Source of the DNA: Mobula hypostoma
Lineage: Eukaryota
NCBI RefSeq assembly: GCF_963921235.1
Contig: NC_086108.1
Span: 8,866,001 to 8,930,000, forward strand
Direction: 5' to 3'
Length of the DNA: 64,000 nt
Shown: piece by piece, positions 53,075 to 64,000 of the stretch
How the letters are laid out: every line of letters starts with the position of its first letter
Numbering within the stretch: position 1 is the stretch's first letter
Notes under the pieces: generated by a model
The model's input: only the letters and a program-made list of their open reading frames with translations
Database searches by the model: none
Told to the model about the DNA's origin: nothing
Program-made: the position numbers and the translations under genes

Positions 53075-54655
53075 CCGAGGAAAGCCACCGCTACAACCTG
53101 CAACCTGCTCATCGCTGAGGCTGAGGTACACATATGTTTCCAATAGATGTACCTTACGTACCTATGTACCTTCCAGTCGCAAGGCTGTGTGACTGGACAG
53201 CATCCCAGGGAGAGTACTCAGGATGTGCGTGGCACAACTGGCAGGTGTGCTTACAGACATTTTTAATCTCTCCCCCTCCCAGTGTAGAGTGCCCTCCTGC
53301 TTCAAATTATCCACCATTGTCCCTGTACCAAAAATGACCAACATGTCTGAACGACCGGCATCCTGTCACACTCACCTCAATAATAAGTAAATGCTTTGAG
53401 AGGCTGATCAAGGATTACATCTGCAGCTTGCTGCCACCCAGACTGGACCCAATACAATTCGCCTATCGTCACAAATGATTGACAAATGACGCAATAGCCA
53501 TTGCTCTACATACCGTCCTTACAAATCAGGGGAAGAAGGATGCTCATGTGAGAATGCTGTTCTTGGACTACAGTTCAGCATTCAACACCATAATTCCATT
53601 CAGGCTTGACAAGAAGCTCAGAGACCTCGGCCTTCACCCTGCCTTGTGCAGCTGGATCCTGGACTTCCTGTCAGATCGCCAGCAGGTGAAAGTGGGCTTC
53701 CTCACCTCCAGCCCTCTGACTCTCAACACAGGAGCCCCTCAGGGCTGTGTACTAAGTCCCCTCCTTTACTCCCTGCTTACCCATGACTGTGTTGCCACAC
53801 AGAGCTCCGATCTGCTAATTAAATTTGCTGATGACACTACATTGATTGGTCTAATCTCAAACAATAACAAGGTGGCCTACAGGGAAGAAGTCATCTCTCT
53901 GACCAGTGGTGTCAAGAAAACAACCACTCCCTCAATGTCGCAAAAACAAAGGAGCTAGTTGTGGATTACAGGAGGAATGGAGACGGGCTAACCCCTGTTG
54001 ACATCAATAGATCTGGGGTTGAGAGGGTGAATAGCTTTAAGTTCCTCGGCATCCATGTCACTTCACGTGGTCTGTACACACCAGCTGTGTGGTGAAAAAG
54101 GCACAACAGCGCCTCTTTCACCTCAGACAGTTGAGGAAGTTTGGTATGGCCCCCAAATCCTAAGAACTTTCTACAGGGGCGCAATTGAGAGCATCCTGAC
54201 TGGCTGCATCACTGCCTGGTGTGGGAACTGTACCCTCCTTAATCGCAAGATTCTGCAGAGAGTGGTGCGGACAGCCCTGCGCATCTGTAATTATGAACTT
54301 CCCATGATTCAGGACGTTTACAAAGACAGCTATGGAAAAAAGGGCCCGAAGGATTATTAGGGACCCGAGTCAGCCCAATCACAGTCTATTCCAGCTGCTA
54401 CCATCTGGGAAACGGTACTGCAGCATAAAAGCCAGGACCAACAGGCTCCAGGACAGCTTCTTCCACCAGGCTATCAGACTGATGCTGATTTGAGTCACGC
54501 TGATTTGAGTGTATTTCCATGTTACATTAACTGTTCTATTTATCATAAATTAGTATAAATTACTATGGTTGCACATTGTACATTTAGACAGAGATGTAAT
54601 GTAAAGATTTTTACTCCTCATGTATGTGAAGGGTGTAAAAAATAAAGTCAATTTA
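53075..54655 (+). mobile_element. Rex1/Babar-like non-LTR retrotransposon, degenerate RT and 3' end
   Basis: [51 protein letters not shown]; frameshifted. Confidence 0.8.
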
Positions 54656-55396
54656 ATTATTCTTGTAAGTGTGGAGTTGAGGCAGAGGCAAAGAGGAATT
54701 GAGAAATACAGGTGAGGGAAAGGGGAAAGTAGGAGATATGGAGGGTAGACAGGGTAGCTGGGAGTGTAGATGCTGGAAAAGGAGGACAGAATATGGTGGT
54801 TAAGCTAGTCAAGAGGGAGGAAGAGGATGGATAACGGGGGACTAGAGAGGGTGAAGAGGAGGACAAGGATTGGTGAGGACCGGGAATGGTAGGGTGAAGG
54901 GAGGTCAGGGGCTAACATAGGACAAAAGGCCACTAATTGGGGGAAAGACTAAGCTCTGACCCCTGACCACTGGTCACCAACTTCCAGGCAGAATATTCTC
55001 CATCTACAATCTCTGCCTCCTATTATTTATATTTGCATATACACAGTTTGTTGTCTTCTGCACTCTGGTTAATATTTCATTGATCCTGCTATAGTTACTA
55101 TTATACAGATTTGCTGAGTATGCCCGCAGGAAGATGAATGCCAGGGTTGTATGTGGTGACATACATGTAGTTTGATAATAAAATTTACTTTTGACTCTGG
55201 GCAGATTCAATGGGGACATTTAATAAACTCTTAATATAGGCACATGAATGAAAGAAGAAATGGTGGGTTATGTAGGAGGGATGGATTAGAATGCAGCTAA
55301 AGTACGTTAAAGGATCAACACAACAATGTGGGCCGAAGAGCCTGCACTGTTCACGCTCCCATCATTACCTTCGCCACCCCCTCCCCGTGCACTCAC

Positions 55397-55590
55397 CCCA
55401 CCGTCCTCTCCTGGAGCCGCACGTCCTCCAAGAACTCCTCCACTTCCTTCACATCGCTGTGCTTGGTCCAGTTCTTCTTCTTGTTCTTGTTGAGGCGCCG
55501 GCGACGGTGGGGCGGAACGGCAGGACCGAGAGATCCGGACTCGGAACGGAGTGAGACGAAGCCAGGCGGCTGCTGGCTGATGGCCGCCAT
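55397..55590 (-). CDS. NOP53: NOP53 ribosome biogenesis factor, coding exon 1 (MAAISQQPPGFVSLR...EVEEFLEDVRLQERTVG)
   Basis: ATG at 55590-55588 in a CpG-rich region; the FLEDVRLQERT motif matches the vertebrate NOP53 N-terminus; donor GG|GTGAGT; 194 nt, ends phase 2. Confidence 0.95.
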
Positions 55591-56030
55591 GTCCGAGAGA
55601 GAAAAAGAAAGGGAGAACGGCGTCAGCACATTCGACACGTTCTTCCTCAGCATAGCCAATCCACGCCAGCCTCCAATAAATATTAAATATATATTTTTAT
55701 CATCAGAATATCATTTTTAATTTATATTTAGGCTTAAGTCTTGAGTTTTATATTTACAGTCCGCACTTTCGCTTGGAGGACCCGAGACGCCGTCAAACCT
55801 CCCAAACTTCCGCCCCCTGCTGTCTGGGAGTGAGAACGACGTCAGCGCAGCCTCTCCACGGTAGCAAACTTAGCTATATGTTCTTTTCTCATCAGGCTCT
55901 CACTTTTATATTTTACATTTAGATTTAAGCTTTTGAATTTTAGAGTTTGACCCGCACTTTCGCGTGGAGGATCCGGTTCGCCGCAAATCTCCCAAATGTC
56001 CGCCCGCTCCGTCGACAACATTCAAGAAAA
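55591..56030 (-). promoter_or_regulatory. NOP53 promoter/5'UTR: CpG-rich, pyrimidine tract just before the ATG, CRE-like and GC-box motifs
   Basis: 23-nt pyrimidine run (55595-55617, minus strand); ACATGGCGGCC (YY1-like) at the start codon; TGACGTC near 55840; CCGCCC near 55810 and 56000. Confidence 0.6.
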
Positions 56031-56595
56031 ACGCCAACCCATTTGAATTGGCTCCTTATAACTTCTGTTAACAAAGGACATAGAACTGTACAGGCCTTTC
56101 GGCCCACGATTATGTGCTATCTTTTAACATACTCCGATATCAATTTAACCCTTTCCTCCACACTATCTTCCGCCTGCCTGGCTAAGAATTTCACAAATGT
56201 CACCGATGTATCTGCTTCTACCGCCATTCCCAGCAGTTCCAGGCACTCGCCACTCTTTGTGTAAAATACTTACCTCTAATAGCCCCCCATACTATTCTCC
56301 AATCGCCCTAACATTAAACCCCCTCGTATTAGCCATTTCCACCCCGGAAAAAGTCTCTATTACTGACCTATAGGTCTTATCATCTCGTACACCACTACAA
56401 AGTCACCTCTCATCCTCCTTTGCTCCAAAGGGAAAAGCCCAAGCTCACTCAACCTATCCTCAGAAAGCAAACTCTCCAGACCACAACAAAAAGAACTTCA
56501 GTTGCTGCAATGTAAGACAGGTCGGGTGGTAAGAGGCATCAAGTGGGCCGCCAGCATCTTCCTATGGCAGCAATTGCTAATGTCAGAAGACGTCT

Positions 56596-56715
56596 TCTTC
56601 TTCTTCTTTTTTGTTTTACGGCGGTTGGCAACCAGTTTTCAGTGCATTACCGCCTTCTGCTAGACTCCTTGTGTTCCGACCAAATATGTCCTGGAGTTCT
56701 CGACTTTAGACAATC
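56596..56715 (-). mobile_element. Short 3' end of a non-LTR retroelement with an (AAG)n tail
   Basis: 12-bp direct repeat CAGAAGACGTCT at 56584-56595 and 56716-56727; GGCGGT/ACCGCC stem before the tail. Confidence 0.55.
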
Positions 56716-57614
56716 CAGAAGACGTCTCTTATGGTGTCTTTGGGAAAGTTTTCGGAAGATGTCAGGGGTCAGTTTTTTTTTAACACGGGAATGGTGGATG
56801 CCTGGAATACACAGCCTAGGAGATACATTAGGGGCTTAGTTAGGCACGTGGGTGAAAGAAAAATAATAAGACCCTAAGATATAGGAGCAGAATTAGGCCA
56901 TTTGCTCCACCATTTCATCATGGCTGATCTATTTTCCCTGTCAGCTCCAATCTTCTGCCTTCTGCCTGTATCCCTTCATGCCCTGACCAGTCAAGAATCT
57001 ATCAACTTCTGCCAATGACTTGGCCTCCACAACCACCTGTGGCAATAAATTCCACAGATTCACCACTCTCTGATTAAACAAATTCCTCCTCATCTCCACT
57101 CTAAAAGGAGGCCCCTCTATTCTGAGGCTGTGTCCTCTGGCCTCAGACTCTACACCATTGAAGACACCCTCTCCACTTCCACTCTGTTGAGGCCATTCAA
57201 CATTCGATAGGTTTCAATGAGATCCCCTCCTCATTCCTCTGAATTCCAGTGAGTACGGCCCAGAGCCATCCAACATATGATGAGCCTTTCAGATCCAGAA
57301 TCATTTTCATGAACCTCCTTTGAACGTTTGCCAATGTCAGCACACCTACTCCCTTAGATACGGAGCCCAAAACTGCTCACAGTACTCCCTGTGAGGCCCC
57401 ACCAGAGCTTTATAAAGGCTCAAAATTACATCCTGGCGTTTATATTCTAGTCCTCTCAAAATACTAACATTGCATTTGCCTTCCTCTCTAAAGACTCAAC
57501 CTGCAAATTAACCTTTTGGGTTAATTTCCAACTGCAAGATTAACCTTAAAATATTTCTCTTCATCCAAGCTTTGATCCATCTACATAACATGTCCTTATG
57601 GGCTTGTCAATATT

Positions 57615-57945
57615 GGGTGGCAGGGTGGAGATACGTCTCCACCACAGGAGGTGTAGGGCGCTCCTTTCCTCCGCTAGCATGCAGATCACCCTTGGGCAAG
57701 GTGTAGCACCTGCTTAGACCCCCTCACCCCTCCCACTCCCCGATCAGGGTCACATGAAGCCCTGGGACCAGGTGGTGGTTGGTCATATGAGCAGCTGGTG
57801 CACATCACAAGTCCTGGTCACCTGGTTGTGTGACCAACAGACTGACACCAAGCAGACAATCTCTGAAGGGTATTGATAATGCTGGGGTCACCTGCCTTCT
57901 GAAGTCACTGCCCAGAAGAAGGCAATGGCCAAGAACAATCATTAG
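57615..57945 (+). mobile_element. SINE-like family (reverse-orientation copies at ~3050-3425, 7470-7810, 45605-45958)
   Basis: Recurrent ~330-bp block GGTGGAGATACGTCTC...GAAGAAGGCAATGGC; tail resembles RTE-type 3' ends (inference). Confidence 0.7.
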
Positions 57946-59059
57946 ACCATATACACAAGGAAGTCTGCAGATGCTGGAAATCCAGAGCAACACACACAAA
58001 ATGCTGGAGGAACTCAGCAGGTCAGACGGTATGTTTCTCCCATGGCCCACTCTCAGATTCCTTCCTCTCCTGTCCTTCATCTTCCCACCCACCTATCACC
58101 TTTCAGCTATCCTCCTTCCCCTCCCCACAACTTTTTATTCTGGCAACTACCCCCTTCCTGGCCAGTCCTGATGAAGGGCCTCGGCCAGAAACATCGACTG
58201 TCCATTCCAATGCAGGCTGCCTGACCTGCAGAGATTTGTGACAGCCACGAAACAAAAAAAACCATGGAACCCATTCAAAGAAAAACATCAAACCCCCCCA
58301 ACGTGCAAAAAAAATATAAGCAAAAAACACAGCATATAAAAAAATTGTCAACCGTTTTGGACCCCATATCTCAGAAAGGATGTGTTGGCATTGAAGAAAG
58401 TCCAGAGGAGGTTCACAAGGATGATTCCAGGAATGAAGGGGTTAATATATGAGAAGCGTTTGGGAGCTTTAGGCCTGTACTCACTAGAATTTGGAAGAAT
58501 GTGGGGGGATCTCATTCAAACATATCGAATGTTGAAAGGACAGGATAGGGTGGATGTGGAGAGTTTCCTATGGTGCGGATATCCAGCCTCAAAGTCGAGG
58601 GGCAATCCTTTAGCATGGAGGTAAGGAGTAGTGAATCTGTGGAATTCTCTGCCACAGACTGTGGTGGAGGCTAGGTCCGTGGTTACAGTTAAGGTGGAAG
58701 TTGATCGTTTCTTGATTTGTCAGGGCAAGAAGGCAAGGCTATGGGGTTGAGTGGGATATGGGATCAGTCATGATGGAATGGCAGAGCAGACTGAATGGGC
58801 TGAATGGCCTAATTCTGCTCCTATATGTTATGGTCTTATGGTCTAAAACACCAAACCACAAAGTCATCGAAAGAGTCCAGGCATATTCAGTTCAGCTCAA
58901 TGTTTGTTTTCAGCGGGCGCCTCGATTGAAATCACCTAAAATAGCAATAGAGAAAGGAACAACCAGAAATCAGAAAAACATCGTAACACGAACTACAGAG
59001 TCCAACTTACAAACTCCATTGATTAAACCTTGCACAAGGCCCAGGACTGCCCCAGCATC

Positions 59060-59275
59060 CAGTGAGAATGAGAGAGAGAGACCGTTCGTACGCAGACACC
59101 TTCCTCTAGCAGGTTGGAGTGAGAATGAGAGATCGTTCATACACAGACGCTGTCCTCTGGCGGGTTCGAGTGAGAATGAGAGAGAGACCGTTCGTATGCA
59201 GACACCTTCCTCCAGCAGGTTCGAGTGAGAATGAAAGACAGAGATCGTTCGTACGCAGACACTGTCCTCTGGCAG
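59060..59275. repeat. ~52-55-bp tandem repeat (4 copies)
   Basis: GAGTGAGAATGAGAGA..GA.CGTTCGTACGCAGACAC repeated. Confidence 0.8.
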
Positions 59276-59619
59276 CAGCCGAGCGAGAGGCTGGTAGATG
59301 TATTTTACCAAAAGAGCTCTTATCTCTTATTTCTCAGTAGCTGGCTGGCCCTCTGCAGATGGACATCGGAATAATTAACCTAAAGGTCTTCCCAGCAGGA
59401 TATCACTGAGTGGAAACATTGGTCACGGAAAGACCATGATCACCCATGTCATCTGACGTGACACATAACAAATAAACTGTACTGCTGCCACAAAACAACA
59501 AATCTCATGACATACAGTACGTCTGATAATAAACCCTATTCTAATTCTGATTCTCTCTGGTGTTACACTGAAGAATGTGGAGTATAACATGGAGCCACAG
59601 TGAGAGAGGTTTTTTATGG

Positions 59620-60130
59620 TTGTTATAGCTGGGAGTGGTAACAGGGATAACCTCCCACTACCTATTAAATGCTCCCAATGATGTACACCTCAAGTAGCCT
59701 CTGACAATCAGGTCCAGCTCCTGGCCTCCTCATATGGCCTAACTACTAAGCCCAATGGAACCAATTCTACTGACAGGAGAAGGGGCAAAGGTGGGTTATT
59801 GGCACCTTAAAACCAGTCACTTTCGGCAGACAAGGCTCATCAGCCGTGGTTGGCAGCTCATCTAGGAGAAGGAAAACTCTGATCTCAAACTTCTGCTACA
59901 TCCACTCATGGAGAAGGCTTCGGGAGAAAACCCTAAGGGAAAATCCTTAAGGCAGTCCTACGTTGAGTTCAACACCGACCGGCAACTCCTGTGACGCTGC
60001 TGGTACCAAACCGTATTGGTCTCTGCCGTTCCTTTGGGTTCATCAGATGCGTGGGGAGGGGGAGCCTGCTACATGCTCTCTATATCGTACTGCCCAGGCC
60101 TGTCTATCGAGACAGATAGGCCTCAGAACC
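59620..60130 (+). mobile_element. RTE-like 5'UTR-derived element (second, partly inverted copy at ~33890-34440)
   Basis: Both copies share GCAGCTCATCT.GGAGAAGGAAAACTCTGATCTCAAAC; family call is by recollection. Confidence 0.55.
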
Positions 60131-62544
60131 TGACAGCGAAAGAGCATAAAAGTCGTACTGTGGAGAGCATTCTAACTGGCTGCATCAATGTCTTGTCGGC
60201 GGGGGTGGGGGGGGGTGATACTGCACAGGATCAAAATAAGCTGCAGACAGTCGTGAACTCAATCAGCTCCATCATGGGCATGAGCCTCCGTTGTATCCAG
60301 GGAAACTTCAAGGAGCGATGCCTCATTAAGCCGGCACCCACCATTAATGACCCCCATCACCCAGGGCATGCCCTTTTCTCACTGTTACCATCAGGGAGGA
60401 GGTACAGAAGCCCGAAGACACACACTCAGCGATTCAGGAACAAATTCTTCCCCTCTGCCATCCGAGTTCTGAATGGACTTTGAACCCATGAACAATACTT
60501 CAATATAGTTTTATTTCTATTTTTGCATTACTTATTTAATTTAACTACTTCATATATGTATATATTCATATTTTTCTATTATCATGTATTGCAATGTACT
60601 GCTGATGCCAAGTTAACAAATTTCACGACGTATGCCAGTGATATTAAACCTGATTCTGATTTCATGTCATATAAGTAGAGGATTATAAACCTAACAGAGG
60701 GATGCCCTCTCTTGGGCTAGGCCAAACTGGATGCAATATTCATGATTCCTGACGAAGGGTCTCAGCCCGAAACGTCGTCTGTTTATTCTTCTCCATCGAT
60801 GCTGCCGACCAGCTGAGTTCCTGGATTTCCAAAATCTGCAGATCTCGTGTGTCAGTGGTATTTATTCCCATGTTCAGCAGAGGGCAGCACGAGCCTCAGT
60901 TTCCTTTCCAAGGGGACTGTGTCTCTCCGTTTGCAACGTGTACAGTAACTGCCTGGTGGTTATTCAACCCTGGAAGGTTTCAAGTGTGGATGGATTCACC
61001 CCATAACGTCACAGCCGAAGCTAACAGACGTTGGCAAGGAGCAACTGGACCTCCTCGTGGTTGGCTGTTCTGAGTCAGTGCGTGACTCAGTTCGCCCACC
61101 AGAACTTTCCAAATTCCTGTCACTTCAAGACCAGCAACGTTATTAGGAAAATGTGTGCAATGACTGGGAGTGCAGAAAGCTGTTCTTTATCTCTTTGTCT
61201 TTCAGCTGCAACTATGGCAGCTTAACAAAAATATTTATAGGAAAGACTTCACCCTGCAGAATTCCCAGCTGCAGCCAGTCATCATCTCATCCTTAAACCC
61301 TTTCCTCACTCCCTGGATTTTTAGAACATAGAACATAGAACGTGACAGCACAGTACGGGCCCTTCAGCACACAATGTTGTGCTAGCATTTTAACCTCCTC
61401 TAAGATCAATCTTACCTTTCCCTTACACATAGTTCTCTACCATCCATGTGTCTATCTAAGGGTTTCTTAAATGTCCCTAATGTATCTGCCTCTACCACCT
61501 CCCCTGGCAGAATATTCCACTCAAGCACCAGAGCTCAGGTTCCCCTTAAATATTTCACCTTTCACCCATGACCTCTCCCAACCTCAGTGGAAAAAGTCTG
61601 CTTGCATTTACACTGTCCATACTACTCATGGGAGATCATGTACAGCAATGAACAACACTGTGATTTTCGTTCACCCAGGAGAGCTAGGAGAATGAAACTC
61701 CTTGCCTGAGGGAAGACCGTGGACGGAGGCTCTCACTGCAGTGTGACATAATCCTCTGAATAGGGAGTACTCCTCATTCCCGTGTACGCTGATGGTACGA
61801 AACTTAGTTGGTTTAGTAAATCTTCCGGTTTAAGATGGCGCTGGTGAAACACAGCGACGGCTTATTGGCAGCAAACACAACTACTAACTACTCTATTAAT
61901 TTCACGTTTTCTGGAAAACAAACACTGCAGTCAAGCGCCTGTAACTCCCCTTTCAGAGGTGTGCTTTCGAACTACCTGTAGGACTTGGCGTTTTTGTGGT
62001 GTGAAATTAAGTCTCGAAGGTGCAGGATGGTTGTGGCATGGTGTGTACAGGTTGAATAGAGGCAGCAAGGTTACTATGCTATTATGGATTTATTAAGTAT
62101 GCCTACAAGAAATGAATCGCAGGGTTGTATTTGGTGTCTTCGAGCTTTATCACATGCACATAACCATGCAATGAAATGTACTGTTTGCACTAACAGCTAG
62201 CACAGCCTACCATGTGCTGGGGGCAGCCTGCAAGTGTCGCCACACATTCCAGCACCAACATGGCATACCCACGACGTTTGGTAGAACAACACAAGCAGCC
62301 ACAGTTCTTGCCTCCCATCCATGCACACTTACAGTCCTCCAATCCCCAGGGCAGTCTGTCTCCAGGCTCCAGCCTCCAGCAGACTTGGACTTGCAGACAT
62401 TAGCCCTTCAACATCTGCCTGCAGTGGACTCGGAGATACCAGACTCTTGTCATTAGGCCTTGACTTCTAGACTGCCGATTGACCTCTGAGCTTTGATCTT
62501 TAGAATTGACCTTGAACTCACCAATGTCGACAAATGACAGCCTT

Positions 62545-63015
62545 GGACGAGGATGCCAGCACTAGATCTCAAACTCTGGACTCATCGATGATAGGACCCC
62601 AAACACTAGGCCTCAAACTCCAGACTCGCCAATGAGGGAATCCTGAACACTAGTCCTCGAACTCTGGACTCGTCGATGATAGGACCCCAAGCACTAGGCC
62701 TCAAACTCCAGGCTCACCGTTGATGGGACCTCAAACATTGGGCCTCTAATTCCAGAATCACTGATGATGGGACCCCAAACACTATACCTCAAAATCCAGA
62801 CTTGCCAATGATGAGACCCCGAACACTAGGCCTCACACTCTGGACTCGCGGAAGATGGGACCCTGAAAACTAGGCCTCACACTCTGGACTCGCGGAAGAT
62901 GGGACCCTGAAAACTAGGCCTCAAAATCCAGATTTGCCGATGATGAGACCCTGAACACTAGGCCTCAAAATATGGACTTGCTGATGATGGGACTCCAAAC
63001 ACTAGGCTTCGAACT
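62545..63015. repeat. Diverged ~43-bp minisatellite
   Basis: Repeats of AACACTAGGCCTCAAACTC..GACTCG..GATGATGGGACCC. Confidence 0.85.
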
Positions 63016-64000
63016 TCAATCACATCGACTTGCATGGCAAGGGGGTCACCGGCCCTCATGCCTCCTGCCCAGAACACTGACGAGGACTCCCTAACCTAGG
63101 TTGGTGTTGGGGGTCCAGCCCTTGGCAGATGGCAGGATTTATCAACGTGAAACAGTATCAGAGAACCTTCAACGGTTTGGTTGAACAGTTGAAATCCCAG
63201 AGCAAAAAGCAGACCAAATATAGTGACAATGCCCTTTTAAATCTGGAATCTTTATCCCCGGAAATGTTGTGACTGGAAAGGAATGCAAGGCACAATAGCA
63301 GGAAATAGGACTGAGGGTTTAACCAGGGTGATATAATCTGTGTACGGCGTTAATCATTTGTACAGACCTCGGCAGAGGTTCAAAAGACAGACCTGCGTTT
63401 CTCCGGCACTTTTCCTCATCTCTGGAAGACACAGAATTCCCCACAGTTTGTGAAATGCAAATGAAGTCACTACCTCAAAGCTGCAGTGAGCCAAGGTCAT
63501 GGGATATGAAACAGGAAAGCCCAGGAAAAGGCCCTTCAGCCCATCACCTCTGTGCTGTACGTGATGCCTAATTAAACATCCCTTCTGCCTGCTCATAATT
63601 TGCATCATTCCGATCCCTGTCTATCTAACAGCCTCTTGAACACCTCTGATAATTCCATCTCCACCATCAGCCCAGCACATTCCATGTACCCAACGTTCTC
63701 AGAGCAACAAAACACGGGTCACTTTTAACCTTCCTCCCACTCACCTTGAAGCTGCGCTCTCTAATATTTGACACTTCTACTCAGGGACAGCATGGTGGCG
63801 GGGTGGAGAAGCAAATCATAAACATGGTTCTCCCTACGGCCAAGCGTTTCCATATCTCCAGGAACGGCCTGGAAGACAAGCTCCTTTGGGGAGCATCCCT
63901 GTAGATGACCCGGTTCCTCGCTGACTTCACCTACTGATGCGTCGTGGGAGACCGAAACATCGGGACAGCAGGCGGCGTGTGTTGCTATCGGGAGAAGGCC

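Noticed and set aside
55591..55659. Upstream in-frame ATG extension (MAMLRKNV...) of NOP53 exon 1
   Set aside because: Homology starts at MAA (55590), which has a strong Kozak context; the extension runs through the probable transcription start tract.
59690..59782. Possible HDV-like ribozyme in the RTE-like element (CTCCTG/CAGGAG, GCC-loop-GGC)
   Set aside because: P2 and P3 can be drawn, but P1 is short, P1.1 is missing and a competing hairpin exists; would need a consensus-based structural search.
56030..64000. Divergent neighbouring gene upstream of NOP53
   Set aside because: No recognisable exon; the region is almost entirely repeat fragments.

Overview
Vertebrate genomic DNA. The repeat landscape (CR1, Rex1/Babar-like and Penelope-like elements, tRNA-SINEs) suggests a cartilaginous fish, probably a ray or shark; this is inference. 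The window holds one complete protein-coding gene, NOP53 (GLTSCR2/PICT1), on the minus strand: 13 exons from ATG at 55590 to TAA at 4794-4796, 1368 nt CDS, 455 aa, with all splice phases consistent and a GC-AG intron 5. Intron 8 contains a box C/D snoRNA (16373-16500) with 12 nt of perfect complementarity to U6 snRNA (probable SNORD23 orthologue) and a ~6.6-kb array of a 48-bp unit. The most striking structure is a 3.4-kb palindromic insertion in intron 3 (37027-40443): two head-to-head 5'-truncated Penelope-like (RT + GIY-YIG) copies flanked by a 13-bp target-site duplication, each arm carrying a minimal hammerhead ribozyme. A 226-bp miniature with the same architecture lies at 49720-49945, and about a dozen intact or decayed hammerhead motifs of this family are scattered through the window. 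Most other ORFs in the track are repeat fragments or spurious.
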